Below, one piece after another: positions 40,068 through 54,209 of a DNA stretch of 64,000 nt. The position numbers and the translations under genes are program-made. How positions within the stretch are numbered: position 1 is the first letter of the stretch; the number at the start of each line of letters is the position of its first letter. Origin of the DNA: Octopus bimaculoides (Eukaryota); assembly GCF_001194135.2 (NCBI RefSeq), contig NC_068995.1, forward strand, positions 56,359,276-56,423,275, written 5' to 3'. The notes under the pieces were generated by a model that had not been told where the DNA came from, searched no databases, and was given only the letters and a program-made list of their open reading frames with translations.

Positions 40068-40455
40068 GCATGGTCGTGGTCGTGTGGTAAGAAGTTTGAT
40101 TCCCAAGTATGTATTTTGTAGTTCAGTCCTACTGCATGGCTCTTTGGGCAAAAGTTTACAATTGCTCAGAACCAACCAAAGCTGTGTTAGTAAATTTGGT
40201 AGTGAGAAATAGAAAGAAGCCCATTGTATATAGGTGCACATGTGTGTGTGTGTGTGTGTGTGTGTGTTCTGACATTGTACAATTGTTGTAAATGAGCATC
40301 ATTGTCATACAAGCAGTGTCCTTCATTTCAACTCTTCATGAGAAAATATTACGTTACTTGGAAATAGATGAGGGTTGGCTTCTACCCATAGAGAAATCCA
40401 CCTCAACAAATTCTGCCCAAGTATGAAAAACTAGATGCTAAATGATGACGATGAC
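40068..40455 (+). mobile_element. Composite SINE: family A head, (TG)n, tail type E
   Basis: Same layout as 23375-23826; tail gttgtaaatgagcatcattgtcatacaagc...cctcaacaaattc...aaatgatgacgatgac. Confidence 0.75.
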
Positions 40456-40521
40456 ACCGATTCATTCATATATATATACATATATATATACACACACATA
40501 TACATACATGCACACCCACAC

Positions 40522-40655
40522 AAGGTCGACTTTGCCTTTCTTTGTTTTGGAAGTCAATAAAATATTTAATTGCCGGTAGAATGCTGGTGGTCACTGTAAT
40601 CAACTGATTCCGTTTCCATAAAAATTGCTGGCCTTGTACCAAAATTTGGAACCTT
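40522..40655 (+). mobile_element. SINE family C, 5'-truncated
   Basis: aaggtcgactttgcctttc...gtcaataaaat...aaattgctggccttgtaccaaaatttggaacc. Confidence 0.6.
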
Positions 40656-43600
40656 TCTTATTTTACTGTTTAAAATGCATTATTCTTCATAAGGAATTTG
40701 AAAATGTAACAATTCTGCGGCACATCAGCCCATCAAATATTGTAAGATTTTACACCAACAACTCTTTAATGCATTCAGCAAGTTCAGTAACATAGCTGAT
40801 GGGTGAGGTTAAAGGGACTGTCATGTATCCCAGGTAATGTTCCTATAGAGATGACAGTTTTGGGTCTGCTGTATAAGCCTGTACAGGCTTGAGAGCCCAG
40901 TGGTGGGGGAGGAAGAAACTCAGGGGCTGCCCTTAGTGGCACACACACACTGTTGCTACAACAGTGAACTAGAGAAATGATGTAATTTAAACTTCTGCTG
41001 TTAGGGGTTTTAATGAACTGGAATTAATGATCATCCATTTTATCCTAATTCAGACTGATTAAATACTTTTAATTTTGAGGAGAGTTTTGATAAAACGGCA
41101 ATGCTTCTTTAATATCTGTGTGTTTTCTGTAAAATAGAATAGATATGTAAGAAGGCAGTTATAGAAAATGAGAAAAAGTGGCTCTTACAAAGGAAATAGT
41201 GGCAAAATCACCGCTTCTTTGCAATGTTGGCCATGAATTCAAAAGAATTTTTTTATAACAGCCTGAAAATACCTTGTGCTGTTAACTTAAAAGCCAGACC
41301 ATTACAACAGTTTTGTAAACCCCATCAAGTTCCCGAATGCTGTTGTTATGCATATTTATTGCTTAACAAAAGAGCTAATAACCCCCTACAAAAAAAAAAG
41401 AAACCACTATCAACACAAATGAAAATAAAAATACAACAAAATAATTAGTTTGTTTAAAAAACATAACAAAAACTCTATTTGATATTAGTAATTCATCAAG
41501 TGGGAAAATATTTTTTTCTATTATGATGTAAGATTTACAAGCTGAAACTTGCTTTCATATGGACACAGTATGTTTTTATTTGCCAATGATATCTTTCAGC
41601 TGAGTTCAATATCCCAAGGAAATGTGGCGTAAAAAAAAAAAAGCAATAATAAGCAGATCAATAAAAAACGAAAAAAACACTTCCTTTACACAATAACATT
41701 AAGTTGTTGATACTTACTTTCATCTTAAGGTAATACATCCAAGAAATACTAAGAAATACTATTTGTATCAAAGAAATTCTAATTTATTCTGACACCTCAT
41801 GTTCCACTTGGTTTGTATTTCGTCTAACCAAATAAATAAACAAATAAAAATATAAATGGAAAACTTGCTGTGAGGCTAGTAATTTTCATAATGTCTGTGA
41901 TCCTAGTTTCAGGTGAGGTTAATATATAACCAACAGGTCCCATTAGTTATGGGAGCTGTAAGGTTGGTGTTGATGAACAACAATAAACAATGTAGAAATT
42001 GCTTTGGTCTACATATCAGATTCTGACAGACAGAAAAAAAACGTTAGCGAAATATGCTCTCACAATATATGGATATCACAAAGCAATTATTTGTATGAGA
42101 AAAGAGGCCAACAAAAATCTTGTGTGCTTTTGAGGTAGCGCCAGTTGTTCAATTGTTTATTTCTTGCATGTAAAAAAGATTTCTTTCCTCTATTATTGCT
42201 GGGAACCTATATTTTTGAAGGATTTCGGTATTCATAACAGAATAAGAAACACTATCATTATGGTTATTGTAGTTTTGTTGTTGTTTGCCATTCATATAGT
42301 TCCTGAAGATCTTTTTACAGATAATTTAGAAAACAACCTATTTTTATAAATTTTTTTTTTCCTTTCTGTTGTATTTCATCACAAAGTGTGAAGTGGCCAT
42401 GTTGTTGCATTTTGTGAAAAGATAAAAAAAGCTCAGCTTATGATCAAATGTCAGAAATATGACATTAAAAGTTCTATATAGCTTGAGCCTACTTGAATGA
42501 ATCACATTTGAAGTTTAATATATAATATAAGATATGTTAAGCATTTGAAATAGTGGAATGATGAAAGCAGGATAAACATTCATATTCACTTAGAGTAAAT
42601 ATAGGATGTATTTTATTCATAACAATTATTAACTTGAGTCTATTAAGTAGCTTTCCTTATAACTATAAATCTCTCAGCCATATCTTTGTCATCTGATATA
42701 AGTTTATTCTTAGAAACTCTTCCAGCCAAATAAATGTGAAACTTGTTTATAACTTATTAGTGTCGATTCTATCTTACTGATGCATATAATTCATCTGATT
42801 TCTACTTTTCTAGACAGTTGGCCATATTTTATTCATTAAATTTCAAGCAAAAGTACGTTTTATTTAAGACTATAAAAGCATTAGAGTTAGGCTGTTGAGT
42901 TTTTCTCATTTTTTTTCTGTTTTAGATATGTTGGTCTTTAATTTGAATCAGGGTTTAACTGGAAGCCTGCAGATGCATTTTTAAAAATACATTTTATGAA
43001 GAATAATTTTTGTAAGCTAACTTTGGTTAGATAGTTCTGGTAGCCTGAATATTTGCACAAATTGATAGAAGAAGCATTTCAGAGTTGAAACCTTTTGCCA
43101 ACGCTTACCATTCAACCATTATGTGGAAGTAGCAAGGATTTTGATACAGGCTGAGTCAGCATTAACATTAAAGGGACTAGAGATAAATAGATAGTGCGAA
43201 TGTGTGTGTGTGAGAGAGAGAGAAAATAGGGGACGGTAAAAACAAGGGTGTGTAGAGAAGGTAAGAGTGAAAAAGTAATAGAAGAGGTGATGGGCAGGAG
43301 AGACAACAGCAATAGTTTTAGTAATACAATGCTGTAATATATAAATGGTGGTATGTCGTTAGTCAATGTAGCCTGTCTATAGAGTAAAGTGGTTAGATAT
43401 TCCACTAAAAATCTAGGGCTCAGGAAAGAATTAATGAGGCAGCCGCAAAATTGAGTCTATATAAACAAAGAAACCCAGATATGAAATTATAAATGATCGT
43501 GATAATTGATAATTACATTAGGTTTTCAATGTTGATATTAATATTTGGGGAGTGGGTAGAGATAAAGTGATAGAGAAGGACACTAAACCTGGACTTTGCA

Positions 43601-44617
43601 AATAGTCTCCTTACCTAGCGACCTAAGCTTTAATATAGTTTAACTTCAATGATTTGATGGAGTGTTCAAATATGATTATGATAACTGATATTCAGAGCAG
43701 TAAATTAAATAGACACAACTAATATATATTTATAGTATGCAGTACATTTAGCAATTAATTTTTGGATATTCAGAAAAGTAAGATCATTAAACATCAAATG
43801 GATACTTTAGATATTAAACCATCAGATATTCATGATAGCAAACATTTAACCAACAGATATTAAAACAGTGATACATTTTTGAGATGTATGCTCTTAAAAA
43901 TGGTTGATCCTTAACTTGAGGAAAAAAAAAAAAGTCACCTAATTGACATTCAAGCCAAAAAAATGTTGTCCATATAGAAGAAAAATTGACCAATGTCATT
44001 TCATTGCATCTGCTTAAACTTATTTGTAGATAACACACAACTCAGATTAAATAAATGTTTAACATATTTGCAAACTATATTATTTTTTATCACACAATTC
44101 AGAAGGTGGTTACTTGACCAGACATGATAATCTATAACACCGGCAAATGAGCAATATGGTTTTTATATACTTAAAAAAAAACAAAAAAAACTCTGCTTTT
44201 ACAGGTGTAGTTTAAGAGGTAAATGAGAAAATAACAGCAACAATTAATGCTTAGACCTCGTATAATGTTTGTAGAGAGGAAATAAAGCTGTGAAGTAGAT
44301 TCAGAAAAATAAATTAAAGAAAAAAATATATAAAAGAACCATCATTAAATGAATATTTTCAGTTTCTCTTCTGTAATTTTTGTAGCTCTTTATTTTGAAA
44401 TCTGATTGGGAATTGTCTGGAAATTTTCTTCTCCATAAACTATTTTTGGTCCACATGCTATCAAATGAAAAAGTTTTCTACAGTCAGTTATTTCAAAACT
44501 GAAGCTTTTATTCCAATTTCTTGCAGTAAATTATATTGTCTGCTCGTCATCATTTTTATCGTCATTGTTGTTGCCATTGTCATCATTGTTTTCTTGTCAT
44601 TGTGGTCATTGCCACTA

Positions 44618-44795
44618 TTTAACATTTATTTTTCCATACTTGCAATGGTCGGGTAGAATTTGTAGAGGCAGAGCTTCTACAGACAGAAGGTCTTTCAATC
44701 ACCAGCCCTCACCTGTTTCCAAGGTATTATTTCTCCATAGCCAGACGTATTTTACACACAGAAGACTGAAAACAAACAACCTCACTTGTATGATG
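44618..44795 (-). mobile_element. SINE tail type E (RTE-like 3' end)
   Basis: gaatttgtagaggcag...accagccctcacctgtttccaagg...ccatagccagacg; reverse complement of the 23590-23826 tail. Confidence 0.65.
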
Positions 44796-45754
44796 ATGAT
44801 GATGATGATAAACACAAGGCACACGTTTGTACTTACTGCTCCGGCTGCTCATGTGTAATATGGTCAAATGCCATCCACAGACAAGTAATTCATAAGAAAG
44901 AAAGTAGCATCATGAAAACTATGGCGTAACAGGAGGTGAGGAGAAGGACATAACACACACAAAAATTAAAGTGACAGATTTTCAAACAAACTGAATGCAC
45001 ACGCGTACATGCACGCATGCATGAACTCCAATGTGCATATATGCACAGAAACCCTCAAACACATATTCTCATCATAAATGAGTTACCTTTATTAATTGTC
45101 ACTTTTACATCTGTCTTTCCAGGCTGGCATGAGTTAGTTGGATGCTCTTCTGGATACTAACATTTTTACTAGTTATTTAAACATTCAAGGACACAGTGTA
45201 CCAGTTCTAAAACCTAGGGATACCCAGGATATTCAGGTACAATTCAAATTTCACACTATCAAGGATGATAACTTAGCAGTGAGTGATTATAGGTTGAGAA
45301 CTGTGAGGGTGTCCAAAAAAGACATTAATTAGATGAAGAAAAGAGTGGAACCTAAAAAAAAGATCCTTCAATCTTAATAAACACCAACAAATGGTTATAA
45401 GGAAACAAAATATTTTGATAAGATTAAAGCAAGCCTGCTCCAGAAGGACAAGAATTGCAAGTCAGTGAATGGTTGATCCTCAGATTATACAATGATATTA
45501 AATACTGCTGTAGAAAAAGGCTATTAAAGATATTGAACTGACATGAAAAGAATAGCTAAAAAGTGAAGTGGGGGGGGGGTTATGGGTAAGGTAGAAAGGT
45601 GGGCAACACACTTCATTAGAAAAGTAAAGTAGAGGAAGAAGTTGAAGAGAGGATGATATGTATAGAGTGCACAGCACTATCATTCCAGTTGTCAATGTTA
45701 TTCCTGAAAGTCTTGAAGTTGGGGCAGATAAGGATGTCATTACAGAGAATTGTG

Positions 45755-46070
45755 TTCTCCATCTTGGAAACATCATCCTACAAAGCAGTGGCTGTTTGGT
45801 AATCTTACGACCATCACCTGAGTAACCAGAAAAAGAACAAGCTATGCAGAACACTGCTGGAAAAACAAAGATGAAATATTCATTGATTTTCAACTCTGGA
45901 AACGCAGACATGGACACTGATGGTATGAGCAGACCAAGAAGAGAATACATTGATCAACATGTGGAAGGCACTGGATAACAACTAGTTGAGAAGATGAAGA
46001 CTATTATGGAAGATTGGAACATTTGACATGGAAAGGTTGCATTGGTCTGGCCAAGTCGACTGACTCAATA
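45755..46070 (+). mobile_element. RTE-type LINE ORF2 C-terminal relic
   Basis: SWKHHPTKQWLFGNLTTIT*VTRKRTSYAEHCWKNKDE...LWKRRHGH / RPRREYIDQ...MEDWNI*H matches the RTE C-terminal R.RFAGHC.R...GRP..YID...DR..W pattern. Confidence 0.75.
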
Positions 46071-46139
46071 GATAGGCGGGTTGAAAATGATGTGAATGTA
46101 ATTGTCATCAGTAACCAAAAAAAGAAAAAAAAAAGGATC

Positions 46140-46330
46140 TACAGAAGGGTCAGCATGAAAAGTTGCTGAACAAGATTATTGTGATGAAGGAAGTCCTGGT
46201 CTCATCCCAGTGGTATCAACAGAAGAACTAAATGGACAGTTCATTTAGGATAAACTGAATAAAACAATTAAGGACATGAAAGCTGCTGGACATCCAGGAT
46301 TAGTTATTGAAATACTCAGCACATCATATT
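46140..46330 (+). mobile_element. RTE-type LINE fragment (region just before the RT domain)
   Basis: HEKLLN and NKTIKDMKAAGHPGLVIEILS resemble the typical AIK.MK.GKAPG.SGI.AEML motif. Confidence 0.5.
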
Positions 46331-46489
46331 AAATTGATATTACTTTAGCCATTGAAGGAGATGATAAGATTATTTTAAAAGCATTTGTTCCCTTGATAGG
46401 AAACATATTAACATTGTGTTTAAGCACACAGAAGGGAATGGATATTACATTTGTTTCAAATGAATAGAATTTACAGAAATAAAATGTAC

Positions 46490-46866
46490 CAGTTGTGTGG
46501 TTAAGAAGTACACTTTGGTTTCAGGTTCAGTCCCACTGTGTGGCACCTTGAGCAAGAGTCTTATACTATAGCTCCAGGCCAACCCCAGTGCTTTGTGAAT
46601 GAATTTGATAGAAGGAAACTGTGAGGAAACCCATTGCTTGTGTGTGTCTTATTGCTTGTGTTTTTCCTTCTTCACCATTTGACCACCAGTATTGGTTTGT
46701 ATTCATTCATCCCCATAGCTTAGCAGTTTAGAAAAAGCAGCTGATAAAATAAGCACCAAAACGTGAAAAAAAAAAATACTGGAGTTGATTTGTTTGACTA
46801 AACCCTTGAAGACGATGTCCTAGTATGGCTGCAATCCAATGAGTGAAACATGCAAAAGATAAAAGA
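46490..46866 (+). mobile_element. Composite SINE: family A head, short (TG)n, tail type B
   Basis: Head ggttcagtcccactgtgtggcaccttgagcaag; tail ending gtatggctgcaatccaatgagtgaaacatgcaaaagataaaaga. Confidence 0.8.
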
Positions 46867-49800
46867 TCTGAATTCTTTGAAGATATATTTGGCATGGATG
46901 GAATGCAGTTTTGCTTGTATAGAATTGGACCTTAATAAATTACACTTCAAAACACAAACAACTTTGTTCATTTGTTGACGAAAGAAAATCTCTGAGAGTG
47001 TGAAATGCTCATCAGGCTCGGCGGCTGAAGAAAATCTGCCTCACCAAATACTGTCTAACCCATGCAAGTACAGAAATGTAAACATTAAAACAGTGATGAC
47101 AATGATGATGAGAAGAAAATGCTATGGTAATGTATTCAGATCAGACTTCACGATGTTGGGCATCATAAATTAAGATGATTCCAGATCAAAATGTAAAGGA
47201 AGATACTAAATTGCAGACCTGTCCACCCCTGCATATTTGCTTGGAAAAACAACTGTTAAAACTGACAATGATGCTTCTAACAACATAAACCATACAAACA
47301 CATTGCACAACGCAAACAGAATCACACGAGAGTACAACAGGATAAATGCACGAGTAAACAAGAGAAGGCGGGAAGTAAGGTGGAGGTGTTTGGAAGTAGA
47401 AAATTAAAACTAAGGTTAGAAATCATGAATAAATAAAACTATTGCATTAACAAATCAGAATGAAATGAATAATTAAACAAACATTTTTATTTACTCCAAA
47501 GTTCCTCTTTCTCTGTGCTTTTCGGAAAACTCTTTACTTTAATTTTCATCTACTTCCTCTCTTTCTCTCTCTTCTTTGTTTCCTTGTTTTATTATGTCTA
47601 TCTATCTTTATATCTTCCTTTCTCTCTATCTTCTTTGATTCAAATGGTCTATTGATATTTAATTTATTAATTTATTCCTTAATCTTCAGTTTTATATATT
47701 CATTTGATCATTTTTTTTTCACAACTTTTAATTTCATCATCTTTCTCAGTTAAATCACCATAACGACAGCTAAAACACTTCTCCACCAATTCAGACCATC
47801 ACCATTGAAATGTTGGTTTCAATATTGGCATTCTTAAATGGTAAATTTCTAGTAAATTCCTCAGTTTTTAATATTTATGACAACCATTATAAACTATTAT
47901 TACATAAAACAACAATAACATTACTAACAACAACAACAATCGCTTTCTACATTTATTTACTGATTGTTATTTTATTTCTTTTGGTTGTTTTTGTAATCCA
48001 CTTTTGCCCTTATTATCAATTCCACTATATTTCATAAATTTGGGTTGAAATTTTTTTATTTGATGAATTCTCTTTCTACTGATAAAGCAGAGGATATGCC
48101 TGTTGTGGCGCCACCAAGAGAGTTTATTTTGGCAGACTAAGACAATTAAATCTACTCTAAACGTTTTACTTTTTTATTAATTCCTTGACCAAAATAAAAA
48201 GGGCACTACTGATAAACCCCTTCAAGCTTGCTGAGACCGATGAAAGAAGTGGGAACGACAATGGAAGCTGTCTGAAAACCAGTGACCAGATCCAAATGTT
48301 TGCAACAAAATGGATTCTATTAAAGACATCCAAAGACCAGGTGGTGACATTCAGAACAGGCAATGGATTTCAGTTGGTCACACAAGGCAGCCACAACTGT
48401 ATTTGAACCTTAAAACTCATAAGGCTGGTTTCCCTGTTTCTATGATTTCTATGACACATAAATGATTGAGATAACAACATTCCTCCTGAACCAGACACCA
48501 ACTCATTGCAGGGTTCAAGGCAAGAAATTTTGAGAGGAGGGAACAAGATGTAATAATGTGTAAAGATAGAAGTATAAAAGAAAATGATGACATTGATATA
48601 ATAATTCTTCAGCTATGGATCACAAAATGGAATGGACCATAACAGGGAAGAGCTAATTACATGCCAAAGCTTCAGAAAATCCCTACTGACACTCAAGCCA
48701 ACTGTTTAAACATTTGCCTATTTATTTATATATTTAAAAGAAAGAATGGAAAAAGATAGAGAATTCTTATGATTAAGTATAAAATTTGAAACCTTTCAAA
48801 ATCCAACACAAATAATTAGCACCAGTTTGAAGCACAAATGAAAGTAAAATCTATTTCAGTAAAAATTGAAATGAATTTTTTTTCTCATAGACGGCAAGTT
48901 AGAATGTAGAAGACGAGGAAGTTTTTTTCTCCTATTAAATGTTAAAACTAAATTAGATTTATCTCTCCATCTTCCCTTGTCTTCTTATAGGTTTATACTG
49001 TTTACAGTTTTACTTATCAGAACAAATATTTTATGTCTACACATGGAAAGCCAGCAAATAAAGTATATATAATTTTTTTAAAATTTACATATAAATACCA
49101 TTATCACTTATTATATTTTTGAGCTGTAGATTATCATTTTTTTTTTTTTAGCCAATAAAGTTTTTCATAATTTTTATGATGTCCATAAATGCTATGCGAA
49201 AAATTTTTTCTAACTAAATCACCCAATCAAAAACCTTTCAATATTTACTTCTTAAGATTAAAAAGTATATATATTTGTATTGTTTCATTATATTTACTTC
49301 ATATCAAAATCACATGAATATAATTTTAAATTTTAATGATCAATTTAAGTCTTATCCAGATTTCTTATTTAATGACAGATATGTTAACATTTATAACTAT
49401 TAGCTGCTCATCTGAAGTACACAAAGTCTTCTAAAAACAACTGAGTTGCATTAAATTGTTTTATATTCTAAGAATTACATGAAATATTTCTTGCAAATGT
49501 TTTTAGATTCTCTTTACATTAAATGCTAGACAGGGGAATGGGAGTCAATTCTGATTTTATTTCTGTTAAACGATTGTAAAATTCTGTGTTTAAATTAGAA
49601 TTAACAATATTCCCTTTATACAAGAGGAATTGACCTGATTGTTAGCTAAAATGAATTCCTTATACAAAACCATTTTATCCCCCAAGTAGAAGATAATAAC
49701 ATAATATATGTGTGATACAAGGTCCAGGAAATGAAATAATTGACTGCTGGTTTCTAAAACCTTTCCCCCTAAGTGCTCCACACAGTGTCTGTATAGCACA

Positions 49801-50625
49801 TTTAGCTCAGATTCATGAATCATTTATTTGCCAAATAAATATTTCATAAATGTCAAACATATTTCATTTCATATATTTGGCAAATTTTCATTAAATAACA
49901 TCAATTTATAGATAAGGAATAAAACAAAATGTGAATGTGTTGAAATTCACTTGAAAATGCTAAAGAAAAATAAGATTCATGCGATGAAAAATAAAATTAA
50001 AATAAAGCAAAATAATTGGTTGCTTTTAGTAAAAGTAAATAAAAACTATTCTGCAATATTATTTGAAAGGGATTGAATTAGTTTGAAACAAAAAAAAAAA
50101 AAAAANNNNNNNNNNNNNNNNNNNNNNNNNNNNNNNNNNNNNNNNNNNNNNNNNNNNNNNNNNNNNNNNNNNNNNNNNNNNNNNNNNNNNNNNNNNNNNN
50201 NNNNNNNNNNNNNNNNNNNNNNNNNNNNNNNNNNNNNNNNNNNNNNNNNNNNNNNNNNNNNNNNNNNNNNNNNNNNNNNNNNNNNNNNNNNNNNNNNNNN
50301 NNNNNNNNNNNNNNNNNNNNNNNNNNNNNNNNNNNNNNNNNNNNNNNNNNNNNNNNNNNNNNNNNNNNATATATATATATATATACATATATATCTGTGA
50401 GTGTGTGTGTATGCATTTATATTTTTAAATGTTTTTTCATAAGGCCAAGCAAGGCAAATTATAAGAGAGAACACAAGTTGCTGGTTTATACTTTTACCTT
50501 GTGTTTCTATATTTCAGAATTAATGGTACTTTTTCAGAAAGCTTTCTGAGAAACGGTGTTGTGAGCTCACGGGATCATTTGAAATATTGAAGTAGATGAT
50601 AAAATTACAAACCATCGACTTGTGT

Positions 50626-50795
50626 ATCATCATCATCGTTTGAAGCCCGTTTTCCATGTTGGCATGGGCTGGACGGTTTGACTGGAGGACTGGCAAACCA
50701 GGAGGCTGCACCAGGCTCCAATCTGATCTAGTAAGGTTTATATAGCTGGATGCCCTTCCTAACGCCAACCACTCCAAGAGTGTAGTGGGTCCATT
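50626..50795 (-). mobile_element. RTE-type LINE 3' end
   Basis: catcatcatcgtttgaagcccgttttccatgttggcatggg...gctggatgcccttcctaacgccaaccactccaagagtgtagtggg; reverse complement of 4050-4213. Confidence 0.8.
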
Positions 50796-50961
50796 TGTAC
50801 TATGCTTCAACCAGTTTCATTTTAAGTTTTCTTTACTTATACTTACCCTCCCTGGTGATAAATGCCCTTGGCTCTTCTATACCATCCTTGGCCTTGTGAG
50901 CAGAGTGGTGGACAGAAACAGTGTAGAAGTCCATTGTGTATATATGTATATGTGTGTGTCA

Positions 50962-51317
50962 ATGTTACTGCCTTTTAGCCCCAGGAAAACAGCTTTTCCA
51001 GTCAGCTACTGGCACACAGTTTGTGCCCATATAGTATATGCAAGGGAGGTCATCGCTCCCATCTTTAGCCTTACAGGATACTCACAGACTTAGGTTTCTG
51101 GGTGGTTACCCGACCTCAGTGTGAGTTAATCACTGGCTTGTGATGAAAGATCTCTCCACTTGCAAGTACTATATATTTTTTAAGCAGCCACTGAGGATGG
51201 GTAACCATCCAGAAACCTAGGTCTGTGAGTATCACATAAGGCTAGAGATGGGAGCAATGACCTCCCTTGCTTACACTATACAGACACAAATTGTGTGGGG
51301 CTAAAAGACAGTAACAT
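50962..51317. repeat. Long inverted repeat (fold-back / MITE-like), arms about 130 bp
   Basis: 50962-51121 is the reverse complement of 51189-51317 (gcaagggaggtcat.gctcccatct.tagcctt...gatactcacagac.taggtttctgg.tggttaccc...ctcagtg); the left arm has a 31-nt extra segment. Confidence 0.9.
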
Positions 51318-52981
51318 AGTCCTTGTATAGGATTGCCACATTATGTTGGCAAATAAACTTTATTACTCGGTACTGTTACTGCATACCTCTTGCTCAGAGA
51401 TTTAAAACAAGTTGTGTATAAATATATATATGTGTATATATGTGTATGTGTGTGTGCAGAAAAAAAAAATGAAAAGAAAAGTGTTTTATCAATTAAAATT
51501 ACCCATGTAATGAAAAGAAAAATCATTAAAATGCTAATGATAATTCTTATCAAAGTAAAGGCAGACAACTCTAAAGCTACACACAATCATACCAAAGCAT
51601 ATGCATACGCACGCACACTAAATGTGCTGGACACATACATTTTGCAATTGCATAATGTACTTTTGATATTTTTATACACATTTAGGCACACAACAACCCA
51701 ATCATAAAATGGTAGAAAAACATAAAATGTCAGTTCAGGTAGTGGTTAAAAAGTAGCAAAAGAGATATAAATATCAGACTATTATGTGTCTATAATGATA
51801 AAGCAAGATAAAACTAATACAGCATTAAACAACAGCTAACCTATATTAGAGGTTGTGCTTAACATGTGAATAGGCAACATTTTCAATATAAAGCACAACT
51901 TGAATGAGATTTGCAAACTAGTAATCTTTATTTATTGCAGATTATGTAGAGAAACAAAGCCAAAACAATATTTCTTGACTTTCTAGACCATATAAATACA
52001 AAAATAAATATTGTATATTATTCTTTTTCTGTAACCTACATCAGTTAGTAAAAACTTAAGAAAAAATTGGGTTATCTTCCAGACTTTGACTTAATTATAA
52101 CACAAGCATAGCTTTGACTTCTTTTGTATTTGCTAAAACTCCACAATACCAGTTGAAGAAATCTAATTGTATGCAGCACAAAGACCTTTGTATGCCATTC
52201 AGTAAGTGATAAAGGACAGCAGACACATTGTTAAGGAAGGTGAAGACAAAGAATGATGCCTGTTCAAGTAATTCTAAACATTGCAACTTTCTTTCTGTAC
52301 GTTGATGTACAGTTGAAAAAGAAGCCAATTACAGGTGCTGGCGCTAACTGCTATTATGATTAAGCCGAAGACACACAGAAAAAGCAACCTATAATTGTAG
52401 AGAGAAAACAGAAGAATAAGTTATCGATGACATACACCATAATCATGGTTTTGACAAGGAGCCGGTAGCCAAATACTTCTGGACATCTCCAGTATTTCAA
52501 AGAAAAAAATTGAACTGATAACAAAACAACTGCCCTAAGTAACAAAAGAGAAGGCATTCACGCTCATGAAAAAAAAAAAACAACAAAGGAAAGAAAAACA
52601 GAATTGTGCAAAATGGGGAGAGGTGGGCAAGGGAGTAGGGGTGGAGCAGGTGAGTAGTTGCATGTATAGGGGAAGTGTATAAGTGTGTATATATGTCTGT
52701 ATATGGGTACACAAAATTATGGTGTTATAGATATATTTTAATTTGTAGACTGATTCCTGATGACTTGACAGCTAACAGGTAAAATGGACACAAAAAATGC
52801 AGGTCTGTGTGTTGATGTATGTACAGATGCATAAATATCTATGCACACGAGTGTATATATGTGTGTGTGTGTGCATGCACACAAACACGTGTATATACAT
52901 GAGTTTATATACTCGTGCATACCTATAAATATTTATATATATATGTGTGTGTGAGTGAATGTATGGACACATGCATGCAAG

Positions 52982-53015
<34 letters not shown>

Positions 53016-54005
53016 AGCACACATGTATGTGCACACACACACACACAACTAAGACAGACCATATACGGACATATATAATCAAGAATTTTCAAACATAATG
53101 AAATAAACTTTTTAAACATTTACACACACACACAAACACACACATGTGCACAAGGGCACACGCACACACACACCCATACACACACACATATGCACTCCAA
53201 CGAAATCTCATGAACTAATCAACCAGGGAGTTTGCTTATACGTGTACACTGTTACTCCGTCATAACACCCTCCGTTCGTTATCTATATTCCTTTATAACA
53301 GTGGGCTTGCTGCACGGTTTTTAGCCAGAAGCAAAATGAAAATTTGTCTCTTCTAATATTGACAACAGGCATAAGAGTTTTCAGCCAAGTGATCATGGCT
53401 GGAGGCAGTTCTGAAACGGACTCTAAATACTATGCCTGCTACAAGCAAAATCTGTATTTTCTCCACTTAACATTTATTCAAATTTGTCTCCTAGTCAAAT
53501 CCCTAATAACAAGTCAGCACCAGTAGTGCTTTCATTTTACAAACTAAAAACAATGTAACAGAGTAAGAAAGACTGTAGTAGCAGCAGCAGCAGCAGCATC
53601 TTGTCCAATTGTGCATCTCTAGAGAGAGTCTATAGAGAGACAGAGCTAATGATTGAGGGCATATCCTACAGGACAGCTGATTGGCATACACCTCTGGGGC
53701 AAATGTATGTGGGATGGTAACAACATGACAATAAAATCATTTAGTAACAAAATAATACAAAAAGAAACAGGGGGTTGTTGTTGGGAGTGGTGGGGATGAG
53801 AAGATGGTTGTAGAGGAGGACCTAGCAGTCCATGTCCATGTGAGAAGATATTAACAACACTAAATTAAGTTGTGAAACTGTTAAATACAGGGCTACATGG
53901 CTATGGGGCAATGGGGGCCACCTAAATTCATGCCTTTATTTTCTTTCCCAGTGAATGTGTACATGTGTGATTGGATGTATGTATTTGTGTAAATGTGTTT
54001 ATGTG

Positions 54006-54036
<31 letters not shown>

Positions 54037-54178
54037 CTGTGTGTGTGTATGTGTGTGTGTGTGTGATTACCTGGCAATGTATGGAATTAAGCCTGTTGTA
54101 ACCTAACATTGAGTATGAGAATGCTTAAAACTGTATGAATATGATTACATTCTACAGTATTTCTTGAATGTTAAATTC

Positions 54179-54209
<31 letters not shown>

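Noticed and set aside
40875-40890. Perfect 16-bp palindrome aagcctgtacaggctt
   Set aside because: About one palindrome of this length is expected by chance in 60 kb.
45123-45237. Strong acceptor (ctgtctttccag) and donor-like site
   Set aside because: All three frames close within the segment, and it lies just upstream of degraded LINE fragments.
50838-50850. atacttacc, the U1 snRNA 5' end
   Set aside because: Only 9 nt match; the downstream sequence does not follow U1.
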